Source: Eutreptiella sp. 'Long Island Sound 2002'
Lineage: Eukaryota; Protista; Euglenida
DNA: 64,000 nt
Direction: 5' to 3'
Assembly: GCA_964036045.1 (NCBI GenBank)
Contig: OZ038378.1
Coordinates: forward strand, 198,028,001 to 198,092,000
The notes beneath the pieces were generated by a model. That model searched no databases. It saw only the letters and a list, made by a program, of their open reading frames with translations, and had not been told where the DNA came from. Shown piece by piece: positions 13,479-24,960 of this stretch. The first letter of the stretch is position 1; each line of letters starts with the position of its first letter. Made by a program: the position numbers and the translations under genes.

Positions 13479-14123
13479 CTGATCTGCGGCGCAATTCATC
13501 ATCAGTTGCCGGCTGGTACGGAGCCAGCGATTGTATCCGGTCAACTTCACCCCATCGGGATTCATCACCTTCTTTGCCAGTGGCTCAGGGCAACCCGAAT
13601 GGTTGGGCACGTTCAACTGTTCGACCACATTAGCATGGAAGATGTCCTTCGCACTCGCATGGAAGGGTTGGATCACGCCCTGGCTCAGTAGCTCGTAGCA
13701 CTGCTGGAAAGTAGTCGGGTAGTCCTGGAGGTTCGGCATGCGCCACCTTGTCTCGTCCTCCTCTCCGTGGCACTCCACAACCTCGAAGTGTGGCAGCACG
13801 AGACCGAATGCGTTCAGGGTCCGCAGCCACCTCACTGAGGCTATGACGTCCTCGTACAGATTGGCCGACGGGAGGAAGTCTGCGTCCATTGGCAACAGAA
13901 ACCGCGTGCGCACGCGATCCATGGCCGCGTTGCGAAGGGAGTTGATGGAAAGTAGCGGCGAGGTGCTCATCTGCCGTTCTGCAGTGGAGTTGTACCGAAG
14001 AAATACCCTGCGCCTCATGTTGTAGCGGTACTCCATTACAAGCGTGTTCTTCCACCGCTTTACTTTCATGCGCACCGCGCGCTGCTGCTCTTCGCTCTTC
14101 CTCTGGTCTGGGTCAACCTCGGC
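13479..14123 (-). CDS. GT49 glycosyltransferase paralogue 1, exon 2 (catalytic DxD region)
   Basis: Acceptor cctcttcctctcttcacgcag|GCC at 14124 and donor CAG|GTAGTC at 13478, both phase 0. INSLRNAAMDRVRTRFLLPMDADFLPS is the GT49 NxLRNxA...DxDF motif. Confidence 0.85.
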
Positions 14124-14642
14124 CTGCGTGAAGAGAGGAAGAGGTGTGACGGCTAGTACCCCCCTCTTCTCCACCCTCACCGCCTTCATGCCTCTCTGTG
14201 CCATTCTCTATCTCCCCTTTCTCGTATTCTCTGTGAGTCACCAGCGCTTTCCCTCATGCCCTTGTGGATTCACCCCTGCGCAACTAGTCTCTGTCTAGGC
14301 CTGAAAATGTTGCGTCACAAGAGGAGGGCAGAGCGCTAAATTGCTCCTTGGCGGGTGTGGATCACTCGCATGCAGTGCACCGTGAGTGAACCAAACATGT
14401 ACCCGTTTCTCTGATTTGAATCAAGTGGCCTTGTTGTGCAGCGGTGATGTTGATACCCTGAAGAGGGCATGACACCACATGGGTCAGCCCCAAACCTTGT
14501 GGGCCCACCTTTGAGGTGACCACGTGGAAAGAAGGGCTAGAAGGTGGCCCCACCCCACCGCATGAGGGACCTACGGCCAAGTGTGAACCATACACTGTAG
14601 ACAGAGACGAACTGTCGGTTGGTGACATGGAAGATGTTGACA

Positions 14643-15114
14643 GGGGGCGTACTGCACGCTGCGTGCTGTGCGCACTGTGCACAACGTTTGTACAAGACCA
14701 TACCCAAGCTGCATAGTAGTGCCTAGTACCAATAACAATGAGCCTTGTTATGCATCTACATGTGTTGCTTGCATGCTTTGCCCTCATTTCTAGGGTAATT
14801 GTGGGTGTTGCTTTGCATCCTTTCCTACAAGTATCTATCAAGCATTTGGATTTAGATTGGCCCCTTGCCAGTTGGGGATATGCACTGGCCCCTTTGGCGT
14901 ACACTGTGATTTCGGCAATGGCCTCTTTTCCGTACTTTTGGAGCTGTCAGGACGAAAAGGATCTGGATTGCGTTGCCCAACATTGTGGGGGTTGCAGTGT
15001 GGTCTGTATAGGCAAGAATATTGCCAATTGTATTTACTCCCCAATTTCTCCCTGTCATGTGCGTGCTGTGCGCACGTTGTGCACACTGTGCGTGCACTGT
15101 GCCAACACACCCCC
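14643..15114 (+). mobile_element. Non-autonomous PIF/Harbinger-family element
   Basis: Starts GGGGGCGT and ends ACACCCCC. The first ~180 bp are homologous to the left end of the 19256 element, and most of its length to 23460-23899 in reverse. Flanks ACA/AGA (imperfect TSD). Confidence 0.6.
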
Positions 15115-16039
15115 AGAGTGCCACGCGCCAAATCGATTACGAATGCTCAACCGAGAGGCCGCAGTGCGCAATGCACACGCAGGGCCAAAATTAGGGCATA
15201 CCGGAGAAACAAATTGCTAGAAATCACAGTTCGCGTTGATTACTACAAGATATGATGGATATGTAGGGGCGAAAGTCGTATGGGCCGTGCGCATAGAACT
15301 TGGAGCGGTGGAGGAGGTTGAGTCTCACCCCATTTTGCCACTTCTCCCTTGTGTGCAGTCCTGCATTCCTCCTTCATTGGTCTAGTGTTCTAGCAGTGCC
15401 ACGATTGCCGCAAGCTCACCTATCTCCTTCCACATCTCGGGTTTCATGTTGTTCCTAGGTTTCTACAACTATTACTCAAGGTATGTCTGCACGGGAACTG
15501 CCAGCTGTGTGGAAGAACCTGGTAAGAACTTGGGCCAACCAATTGGGCATCCTTCAACGGGGGCTTACTTTTGGGTTTATCGGTTGTACTTCTCAAAAAG
15601 GTGCCCTCTACAGTGCGGTGCCCACTATATTGTGAGTCACCACGCCGGCTGTGCACTGCTTGTGCATTAGACCCATGAATGCAAGGCAACAAAACACATT
15701 GAAGGCAAAATTTAAAAAAAATTGTTCTACAAAGGTGCCTCAATGGGGCACACATGTGTGCAAGGGCGTGGTCTTGCGGGATCACTTGGGCTGGGGGTTC
15801 TGCCACCAAGGTTTGGAGTCCATCTTGGACATGCCAGAAGGCTTGTATGGCGTTCAAGTACGAATATCAGCTTTGGTGCATTGTGTCATTTTCGGGTACA
15901 CAGCTTTGTGCACGCAGACCTGGCACACGTTCCTAGGGGGCATTTTCGGCACAGTGCACGCATAGTGCCCAATAGTAAGGTAGCTTTCCTGTGACCACCC
16001 TGAAAACTACCCACCAGATCAAGGTTGAGAGCTGGTTGA

Positions 16040-16470
16040 GCAGGGAGGTGTTGAATGGGAACTTGGGATGGCGAAAGAGATAGAGTCAATCTTGGAGTGC
16101 CAATCCACCGCCTCTGCCATGCAGGCCGCCAATACCGCGAGGTACATGTCATATAGGACAGGTACTCATGCAGGCGCGTCCACTCCATGCCGCGGGCCAG
16201 CCACAGCAACATCAACCCTGTCCGGCACAGGCACGCCAGCCATCAGTCCGGCGGCCACCAGCTGCGGGAGGCCGGCCGCCGCATCCGGTAGCCACGGGCA
16301 CCACGTGGCCCGGGCCGACTCCCACTCGGTGAAGCCCCAGAGGACATGTTCCTTGTCTTCGTGCCCCGCTCCACAGTGGGGGCACATTGAGGGCTCGCGC
16401 ATACGGTGGCCGCAGACCTGCACCACCCTCCACAGGGCCCCAGTGAGCAGGCCCCAGCAGGGAAACATTC
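16040..16470 (-). mobile_element. Non-LTR retrotransposon 3' fragment with zinc knuckle
   Basis: CPHCGAGHEDKEHVLW (CCHC-type knuckle of LINE ORF2) followed by WCPWL and a frameshifted LHEYL..L..MYLAVLAA-type tail. Confidence 0.65.
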
Positions 16471-16479
16471 GGGACGGGT

Positions 16480-16600
16480 CTGGTTTGTGCTACAGTGCAG
16501 CAAGGCAAAACAATGAACTGAAAGTGGTGGCTATGACCATATGCTTGTGTCACGGCGGTATATGCGAGCTCGGTATTTGCTCATCGCCCCCATATGGCCT
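16480..16600 (-). repeat. Copy of dispersed GAGCTCGCATATACCCCCGTGACACAGGC repeat family
   Basis: Reverse complement matches 24842-24960 and 43485-43545. Confidence 0.65.
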
Positions 16601-17009
16601 CTTGCCAGTTACAGCCGTTTTCACTCTGGGCAGGCTATTTAGTGGCACCTGAATTTTTTTCAAAATTCAATGTTTTGTGTAACCCTTCCGATGGGTTTGA
16701 GGGATCATTTGATGACAATACGGGTACTTGAGCACCCATGGGGACCCAAGTAGTGGTTGCTAGGCCTATGTAGCCGTTGCCATGGGCCCCCAAAAGCCCC
16801 AAGACGTGCCAAGGCACGAAGACCTGCTGTAGTGCAGGAGTGCAGGCATCCCTCCGCCAGGTGCCACACCGGTGCGCGACAGCCCTCGCTGCCATGCTGC
16901 TCTTTAGCTGGGGGCACGCCGGCTGGTCGCCTTTTGGGGCCTAGGCGATGGCGTGGATGGGCCAGCCTGTCGCGCGGCTTTGCGGGTGGCCCCCACGGAG
17001 CTCGAGCAG

Positions 17010-17850
17010 TCTCCTTGAGGTCACCGTGCAAGGCAGCTATTGAATGTTTCATGGGCCACGTAGGTCAGCTCAACCCCCTTCCACGGGTGCCGGTTAGCCG
17101 TAACCCTGCATCTGGGTGCCGGGTGCCAGTCAGCACAAACCTTGCATCTAGGAGCCCACCCCTACCGTACTTCACACAAAAACAAAAGCAACTGCTCCAT
17201 GGTTGGCCGGCCGGGGCTCTGCATTTTGTTTGGGGGCTGTTGCTACTCGTTTCCTCCGTGGTGCCGTACCCACTCCACTACACCGTCTGTGTAAAAGGTC
17301 CAATGCAAGGTGTGACATAACACGTCCTCTTCAGCAGAACCACCACTATGCTTGCCAGCTCAACGTCTCATGTCCACAAGCACTGTCTCAACCATCTCAA
17401 CATCGCATGTCCACAAAAACAGGGGGCTTCATGGCGTAGACCAGTCCCGACCGTTACCTTGAGGTCACCGCGCAAGGTGGCTTTCAAATGGTTCATGGGC
17501 CACCTGGGTTAGCTCTCCCCCCTCTCGCAAGCGCCAGTTAACCAAAAACCTTGCATTTGGGGGTTCACACTTCACCATAATTCACACAAAAACGTAAGAA
17601 ACGGCTCCATGTTGGGCCGGTTGGGGCGGAGCTTTCTGTTTCGGGGGTGTTGTTCGTGTTAACTCCGTGTAGCCATGCTCATTACACTACCCCAGAGAAA
17701 TGGTCCAATGTGGGGTGTGGCATCACAGATCACTTTCAGCACAGCCACCACTCTGCCTTGCAATCCGTAGCACTGTCCCACAAGTAACAGCATGACCCTT
17801 GTGCCGTTACCACGTCTACAAAAACAAGGGGGTTTTGGGGCGTTGGGTGT
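17010..17850. repeat. Diverged tandem duplication, unit ~440 bp
   Basis: CCTTGAGGTCACCG.GCAAGG at ~17014 and ~17457. Further matched blocks include CTTCACACAAAAAC...CTCCATG and GGTCCAATG. Confidence 0.6.
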
Positions 17851-18824
17851 TTCCCCACCTCCCTCGAGATTGGAACCACTGACGACACTCTGTGGAAGAC
17901 TAGGCATGTACCGGTGTATGATGACAGCTCAGGCCCAACGAGGGCTCAAGAGCTGGCATATCTAGGGCTCGACAACTAAGCACGGTTCAGATGAATGCTC
18001 TGGTAAAAGGCAGTAGGGGCTGAGATCCAATCTCCTGCTCTTCCGCACCACTGGAGGTCGCCTCGCGTCCCGCTGTGAGGGGCATTTGGCCCACTGGGCT
18101 CTCATGACAGCCAGACAGCGGTATTTCACCCGACTCTCTGGGCATTGAACGCAAAGAGGCAAAATTGGATGCACACTCCCACATGTGTCCCATAAATCAC
18201 GCCTCTGATTGGGCTTACCACGACCGGGTTTTCACAAATCCAAAGGAAATCGCCCCTCCCCCCCTTTTCTGCTCGCCCCCATCACGATGTCTTTTGATCC
18301 ACCCGCAAGCCACACTATCACCCCGACTTCCCACCCAAAGGGGTGGTGCTGCATGACCTGTGTCTTGATCCACCTCATGTGTCTCACATAGTGAACCTGG
18401 GATTTCACATCCCACGAGAGCCGAGCTAGCATAGAGAAAATTTCCTGTTCACTGATCATAACCCGGTCACCAACCGTAATCAACCCATTCACAAGATGAT
18501 TCACATTCACATGAGCAAAGCCACCACTCCGCCCTGCCAAAGCACCCTTGTGGCGTTCGGCATGCCACCGCTGAGTGTCACTGGCATCCGTGCTACATTG
18601 CTGGCGTCTGACGATAGGCTGTCACACTGCCGGGCCGTATGGGTGGGTGGGGGGGGGGGGTACCTGGAGTTGGGAAGCGCACCATGGGTTAGGGTGTCCA
18701 GAAACAAGAAAAAAGTTCTTCACGACCCAAATACATACACAACGGCCACAATATGCAAAGAAGTTGTGACGCCCCCCCAAAGGGGGAACCCGGGTACGGG
18801 GGGGGGGGGGGCGAGGATCAGGAT

Positions 18825-18990
18825 TGAAAAAATCATTGGGGGATCATTTTTGGTCCTAAAATTATGATTTTACAAGGGGTTGGACGTTAGAAACCACACC
18901 TTGGGATATGCTACGTGAATGACCCCCAAAAACGGGGGGTATACGACGCCTGCGCTTGCGCTTGATCTAACAACCTCTCTTCAAGGTGAT
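18825..18990 (+). repeat. Dispersed copy of the sequence that interrupts the terminal satellite
   Basis: Shares TCATTGGGGGAT, ATGATTTTACAAGGGGTT, ACGCCTGC, TTGATCTAACAACCTCT and AGGTGATT in order with 60980-61155. Confidence 0.65.
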
Positions 18991-19520
18991 TTGGCGAAAC
19001 AACAGCATTGGCTTGGGAATGGAGGAAAACGAGTCCAAAATAACTACTTTTTGGACAGTGCAGGCACAACGCAGGCACAGCACACGGTATGCCGCCCTAT
19101 TGCCATACGGGCACACATCCTGTGGACAAGGTTTGGTGCACGACCGTTGCTTAGCCCTGGATCCTTTGCGAAGAATTTAGTACTTGGTGGGTGACTTGGC
19201 TCCCCATGGGCTACACTCACTTGGCACTTCAATTGGCATGAAAAGCACGTACAATGGGGGTGTTTTGCGCACTGTGCGCGCGCTGTGCACAAAGTTTGTA
19301 CAAGAACGTATCCAACCTACATAGCAGTGTTTAGTACCAATGACAATTAGCCTTGTGGTGCATTTATATGAGTTCCTTGCATGCCTAGCCCTCATTTGTG
19401 TTGCATTTGTGTGTGTTGTTGTGCATGTCACTCTAAAGGGGTACCCGATTTGGTGCTATGGTGATACATTCGGGTACCCTGTTCGGGGGCCTCCATTACT
19501 CTGCCGTCTCTCAGACCTTC

Positions 19521-19922
19521 ATGTCCACATCAATGGAAAGGGACAGCCGCGTGCGGTCCCCTTCACTGCCACCCTCTCCTAGGCAGCCCGCCCTCACTCT
19601 CCTCGCATCACCAAAGGCTAAGCGGCGCGATCCCCCGCCATCGCGGCGACCGAATACACCGTCTACGTCGGTGTCACAGCCACAGTCGGCACGGTCCCCC
19701 TCCACCTCGACCGCCGCTACCCACTCTTCGGCGGCGCAGCGGACATCACCTTCGCGGTCGGCATCGCGGTCGGGACGTTCACGCTCACGGGGTAGGCCAC
19801 CGCCGCGCTCAACATCCAAGCCGAAGCTCAAGAGAGCGCACACATCAAAGACTACGTCCTGCTCTCGGCAAAACGAGAAGGATCGCAACATCATCGTCTG
19901 CCAATTAAAGGATCTCTTCCAG
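19521..19922 (+). CDS. Harbinger element exon 1: Ser/Arg/Pro-rich N-terminal region
   Basis: ATG at 19521 preceded by tctctcag. SR-rich ORF. Strong donor CAG|GTATGT at 19923 joins in phase 0 to the acceptor tttgcag|GAC at 20423. Confidence 0.55.
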
Positions 19923-19969
19923 GTATGTGTGGCCCGGTGATCCCCGCGTCCCATCCCATGTTCGTTCGC

Positions 19970-20390
19970 TCAACCTTTCGGTGCTATTGAGGAAAACGGA
20001 CCCATAAATCCACAAATTTCTAAGGCCCCTTGCGTTGGGGATATGGACTCAAACAATCCACAATCTTTTGTGGCCCCTGGAGTTGGGGATATGGACTCAA
20101 ACAATCCACAATCTTTTGTGGCCCCTGGAGTTGGGGATATGGACTCAAACAATCCACGATCTTTTGTGGCCCTTGGAGTTGGGGATATGGACTCAAACAA
20201 TCCATAATTTTTTGTGGCCCCTTGAGTTGGGGATATGGACAAAAATCCACAAATTTTTGTGGCTCCACAACACTCATTCAACCTTCCGGTGCTATTGAGG
20301 AAAGCGGACCATCATTCAACCTTCCGGTGCCAGTGAGGAAACCGGACCATCATGCAACCTTCCCGTGCTATTGAGGAAAGCACACTCCTA
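19970..20390. repeat. Intronic minisatellites: ~5 x 48-bp unit nested among ~37-bp units
   Basis: GGCCCCTGGAGTTGGGGATATGGACTCAAACAATCCACAATCTTTTGT with period 48 (20071, 20119...). CAACCTTCCGGTGCTATTGAGGAAA at ~19971, 20280, 20317, 20356. Confidence 0.85.
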
Positions 20391-20423
20391 CAATCCACCA
20401 ACCTCTTTGTGTTTCCTTTGCAG

Positions 20424-21295
20424 GACATCACCGCGGAGGATTGGAAGGATGCGATGGAGTGGTTGCATCTCCGTCATGAGAAAAGTGGAACAATGGAGTA
20501 CAACGCTCGGCCTTGTCAACGGGAGGTTTACCAACAAGAATTCCAAACGGCACATCTGAATTTTGGGAAGGACGAGAGGCCGGACTACCCCTCACTCCCG
20601 ATTAAAGCCCCGTCCGTTATTAGATAGATTTGGAAAGTGGGCAAAGGGAAGCACATTCCAAAGGACATGGAAGGGGGGGGGCTTTCCACAAGCATGCGAT
20701 GAGGATGATGGATAGGTCCACTCATGCCCGGCACGGCACGGCACATGTTATAATATGGGACAAATGTGGTCCATCAAGGAAGTTGGGTCTATTCAAGGAT
20801 TTTGAGGTGGGGAATCATGATAGTGCATATAAAGGCCGCATGCATTCGCATACTCCCTTCATCGGCCGCAAGGTTCTCACCAAACGTGAAAGAGAGTATA
20901 ATAATGTGCATGGCTATTATCGTGCTCATGTTGAGCACCTCTTTGCCCATCTATGGCATTGGAAGGTCATTCGCGACATTTGGATGGGTTCCGCTCGTGA
21001 CCTACATGCCAATACACGGATTCTTTTGCACTTCAATCAATTTCAGCTCCGTGGGCAGAAGGTGTATCAGCCCTACGGACCTTGGGAGCATTTCCCTTCT
21101 TCTATTTGGGGCGACGAGGAAGCACCTCCTTTGGAGCCTAACTCGGATGATACGTATTTATGCCAATTGTGTGCACACAAGGAGACTTCAGAGTGCTGCC
21201 AATGCCATCGCTTTTTGTGCAATAAATGCACTCGTGTGACTTGCCAAATGACGAGCCGTAATTATATTGTATTGTTTCTTACCTTCACACATTGA
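20424..21295 (+). pseudogene. Harbinger/IS5-like DDE transposase remnant with C-terminal Cys-rich zinc finger
   Basis: DITAEDWKDAMEW..LNFGKDE resembles 31887-31456 (KDGVEW..LKYGHDD). After a frameshift: HDSAYKG...TPF and EYNNVHGYYRAHVEHLFAHLWHWKVI (N..h...R..VE.lF). Then CQLC..CCQCHRFLCNKC. Confidence 0.7.
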
Positions 21296-21979
21296 GAAAA
21301 AATGCGAATTTCGAATAGTTTCACTTCAGATGTGTTCATTGTGCATGTGCTTCTCATTTTGTTGTAAGGTGCTGTTGAGGATGCAATTTGGGGCCTTGGG
21401 TGGCTTGGGGAGGGGGGTTGGGTGAAACATCAGTTTGTGCAACGTTGTCGTGCTCTAGAATAGTATATATTGACAAAAATATTAGCAGTAGTAAAAAAAA
21501 AAAACCCATTTCCCCCTGCAATAGCCGTGCCGTGCGCGCGCTATGCAATAACGCCCCCAATAGGACCTGTGCTACATTCCACAGGCCTAGACGATTTGAA
21601 TACTACTGCGGTGTTCTCAACAATCACCGCATGCGCGTTGCTGGACCATTTCCAATAGAACACCTCACAAAATCTCTGATGGTCCCCGGGTGTTCATACT
21701 GTGGTCCATTGGTACAACAGGCGTGCTACTTAGGCTGGCCCACAGCCTGTTCCTTCCCACACTACCGCAGCCCGACCGCCACCTCAGACCACAACAGAGG
21801 CCCTCCTTGTTTGGGCTGACTAATACTTGCAAGAACAGCAGGATGATGGACTCTCAAAACTCTCAAAGGCATAGTCATGCTGCTCACAGTTCCCATCTTC
21901 CATTTGCATTGAACCAACAAGGGGAGACTGTATGTGTTTCATGCCACCGCTGTGTTATCACTGAGAAAATGGACAGCAG

Positions 21980-22053
21980 CAAACAAAACAAAACAAAACA
22001 AAACAAAACAAAACAAAACAAAACAAAACAAAACAAAACAAAACAAAACAAAA
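21980..22053. repeat. (CAAAA)n microsatellite, ~14 units
   Basis: Directly visible. Confidence 0.95.
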
Positions 22054-22782
22054 TTGATGACTACTTGAGAACAACGAATGGAGGAAGCAACAACTCCTGG
22101 AAGGTGGGTGCCCATGTCAACAGAATGGTCCAATGCTTAACAGGTGCCAACAGACAACCGTTTGCTTCTATGATCCCCCATCCTGAGCTCCTGTTTGCGC
22201 AGACTTTGGGGGTGGGGCTGGGTGTTGTCTTCCCCTCGGGCGTGGGTGCTGGCTCACGATCAAAGCTCATCCCGCAGCCATGAAACAACAAGCCCGTCAA
22301 AAGCAGCAGTGCCAGAAGAAGCACGCCCGACCAGGGGTCAGTCATCACGAAAGAAAGCCGTTGTGTAGCCCCCCCTCTCCATCACCTCCGGTACGTACCC
22401 CTCCCTTCCCCCTTGCCCTGGCATGGCCAAAGTCAGCGAAAACAACAGTCCAACGGGGATTCTGTGCTTCGACAAGGTCGGGCTTACATGCAACCCACAG
22501 GCATGCAGTTCATGGATATTTTCCTGATTGACAGCCGCTGAAAGCCACAGCAAAACCGCTGCAAGCGCAGTCTCAAGCAGCAATAACTCTTCACCAGCAT
22601 GATCCAGCCCCTCTTTCCCACGACACGCGGCACACACAAGTTATCTTGCACTTGGCACCACAAAACCTGTGGTCAGCAGACAACTGTTGCGACGGGGTCC
22701 GCATGCTTTGGGACGAGGCCGTGCTAACCCACGGGGGCAAGGGTTGGGTCCAGCGAAGGAAGTGTCAGAAGGGGTCAGAGAC

Positions 22783-23343
22783 CTTCCCACCAAACATTAG
22801 GATTGGCTTGATGAGGTAGTACAGCAGGATGACGATGGGGCCCGGCCACAACTGCCGGATGCGCTCCACCGCCTCGAACCGCCCCGGCGTGACGACTGTG
22901 ATCAGCGTAGCATCATCGGACTGGAAGCCCGGGCTGCGGGTGTCCACGACGGTTCTGAAGCAGTCTGCCGTGCAGATCCGGCAGCAGCGGACCTTCAGGG
23001 ACCTCTGGGCCTTGTTCTGGAACTGCCCTGCGTACGGCGGCAGGGACATGGCATGCTTCCGCGCTGATGAGTTGCGTGGGAGATCGGGATAGAGGTCCGC
23101 ACGGAACATGGTGCCCGATACGGACGTCTCATTGACTTCCTCGCACCAGCGCATGCAGTATTGCTGCGAGTGCAGCCAACTGTCGTAGCCCGCTACAAAG
23201 GAGCTCCAGCGGGCATCCAGGTCACGGATTTGTTTCCCCTTCTCTGCTTCGTTGAGGGTGTTGGTCAAATTTATCAGGTGGAAATCACTCGAGGTCATTA
23301 CCCCAATGAACCCCAGCACTAAGACCAGTGCCAGGGGCCACAT
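22783..23343 (-). CDS. GT49 glycosyltransferase paralogue 1, exon 1
   Basis: MWPLALVLVLGFIGVM signal/anchor (the ORF is open to 23412), Cys-rich stem, DATLITVVTPGRFEAVERIRQLWPGPIVILLY. Donor AAG|GTCTCT at 22782, phase 0. Joined CDS 23343-22783, 14123-13479, 11710-11186 gives ~576 aa. Confidence 0.8.
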
Positions 23344-23459
23344 GGCACCTGTGACTGCCTTAGTCCATCTGCAATGAGAGACGATGGCATATTCCCTTCG
23401 TACATCATGCATCAGGCATGCGTGCTTGAAGGCTCATTGGTACAGTTCAAATGTTCCCC

Positions 23460-23899
23460 GGGGGCGCGCTGGAACAGCGCGCGCATGACAGGGAGAAATT
23501 GGGGGGTTTTGCTACAATTGGCAATATTCTTGCCGATACAGACCATACTACACCCCCACAATGTTGGGCAGCCTCATAACGCAATCCAGATCCTTTTCAT
23601 GCTGAAGTACGGAGAAGAGGCCATCGCCAAAATCACAGTGTATGCCAAAGGGGCCAGTCCATACCCCCAACCGGTAAGGGGTCAATCCAAATCCAAATGC
23701 TTGATAGATACCACGAACCTATCGGAAAAGATGCAAAACAACACACACCGATACCCTAGAAATGAGGGCAAAGCATGCAAGCAACACCTATAGATGCAAA
23801 ACAAGGCTCATTGTTCCTGGTACTAGGCACTATTATGCAGCTTGGATATGGTCTTGTACAAACTTTGTGCACAGTGCGCACAACACGCAGTACGCCCCC
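23460..23899 (-). mobile_element. Non-autonomous PIF/Harbinger-family element (inverted copy of 14643-15114)
   Basis: GGGGGCGC...ACGCCCCC ends. The interior is the reverse complement of the 14643 copy. No clear TSD. Confidence 0.6.
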
Positions 23900-24489
23900 C
23901 TTTTCACAAAATGCCCAAGCCACTTCAAACCTCCAACAACCTGATGCGAAAATTTCTGCAGTGTTGCATGGTGCACGTGCCCTCCCCTCCAACACTAAAT
24001 TGGTTCTGGTGTGGATTTTCTCCTGCTTTCTTGCTGCTTGGCCTTTCGTTGACTGTTTGAGGACTTGGAAAATGTACCAAACTTCTCCAACACCTCCCAC
24101 ACTCTGCACCACCCAACCCTTCACTTATCCCCTACTGACCCTACCAACGAACAGTTTTGGAAAGCACATTGTGCCACATCTGTCAGCACGCCAAAACGGG
24201 GCAGTCCCTCAACCCGGGCGCATGGGTCTGCCTGGGTGCACCCCCTTCCTTTGCCCGGGTCAGCCCAGATGCTACCCTTGGTATGCCCACCTCTGCGCGG
24301 ATCTGTACTGTACTACCACTCTCATGAACCTTTCACAAACCCACGAAAAGCAGGTACATACTGCATGAAGGGACAATGATGGTACACTACAAGTAACCCC
24401 CCCCCCCCCCCGCAATCCCCCCCCTTTTGTCAAGCCGGTTCTCCTCCAGGGGGGAGGGAACAGTCATGAGATGAGGAATCCCCCCCCCC

Positions 24490-24960
24490 CGGGGCCATGA
24501 AGCAATGGATACTTAGCTACCGAACGCCCCTGTGTCACAAGCGACGGGTCCCCCCCCAGGGCCATGAGGCAACGGATACTGAGCTCGCATACGCCCCCGT
24601 GTCACAGGCGCATGGTCATAACCACATTGTTCAGTGTTTTTCTCGCTGCACTGCAGCGCAGACCAGTTCTGTACCACACCACCCCCCAGGGGGGGGGGGG
24701 GTTGCACCACAAATCTGTACCATAGTATCACAGTGCAAATCAGCTTCGGCGCCTTGTAAAAATTTCCTTTGACGCCTAGTATTTCCTGTACTTTCTAGGT
24801 CAAGTGAGCGTTCCCCCCCAAAGGGGGGGGGGGCATTGCAAGGGGCCATGAGCAACGGATACCGAGCTCGCATATACCCCCGTGACACAGGCATATGGGC
24901 ATAGCTACCATTCTTAGTTCATTGTTTTGCCTTGCTGCAGTGCAGCACACACCAGACCAG
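24490..24960 (+). repeat. Three tandem copies of the GGGCCATGAGCAACGGATACCGAGCTCGCATATACCCCCGTGACACAGGC repeat
   Basis: Copies at ~24492, ~24560 and ~24842, separated by C/G runs. Confidence 0.7.

Larger units (their letters stand above)
19256..21558 (+). mobile_element. PIF/Harbinger (ISL2EU-like) DNA transposon, internally deleted, in intron 1 of the GT49 gene
   Basis: AAT|GGGGGTGTT ... AACGCCCCC|AAT gives a 3-bp TSD and an imperfect 9-bp TIR. CG-rich subterminal repeats and a DDE_Tnp_4-like ORF inside. Confidence 0.75.

Noticed and set aside
20010-20270. 48-bp repeats as a CRISPR array
   Set aside because: Units are contiguous with no unique spacers, there are no cas genes, and the context is a eukaryotic intron.
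11711-22782. Non-conventional euglenid introns in the GT49 gene
   Set aside because: Both introns are fully explained by phase-compatible GT-AG sites.
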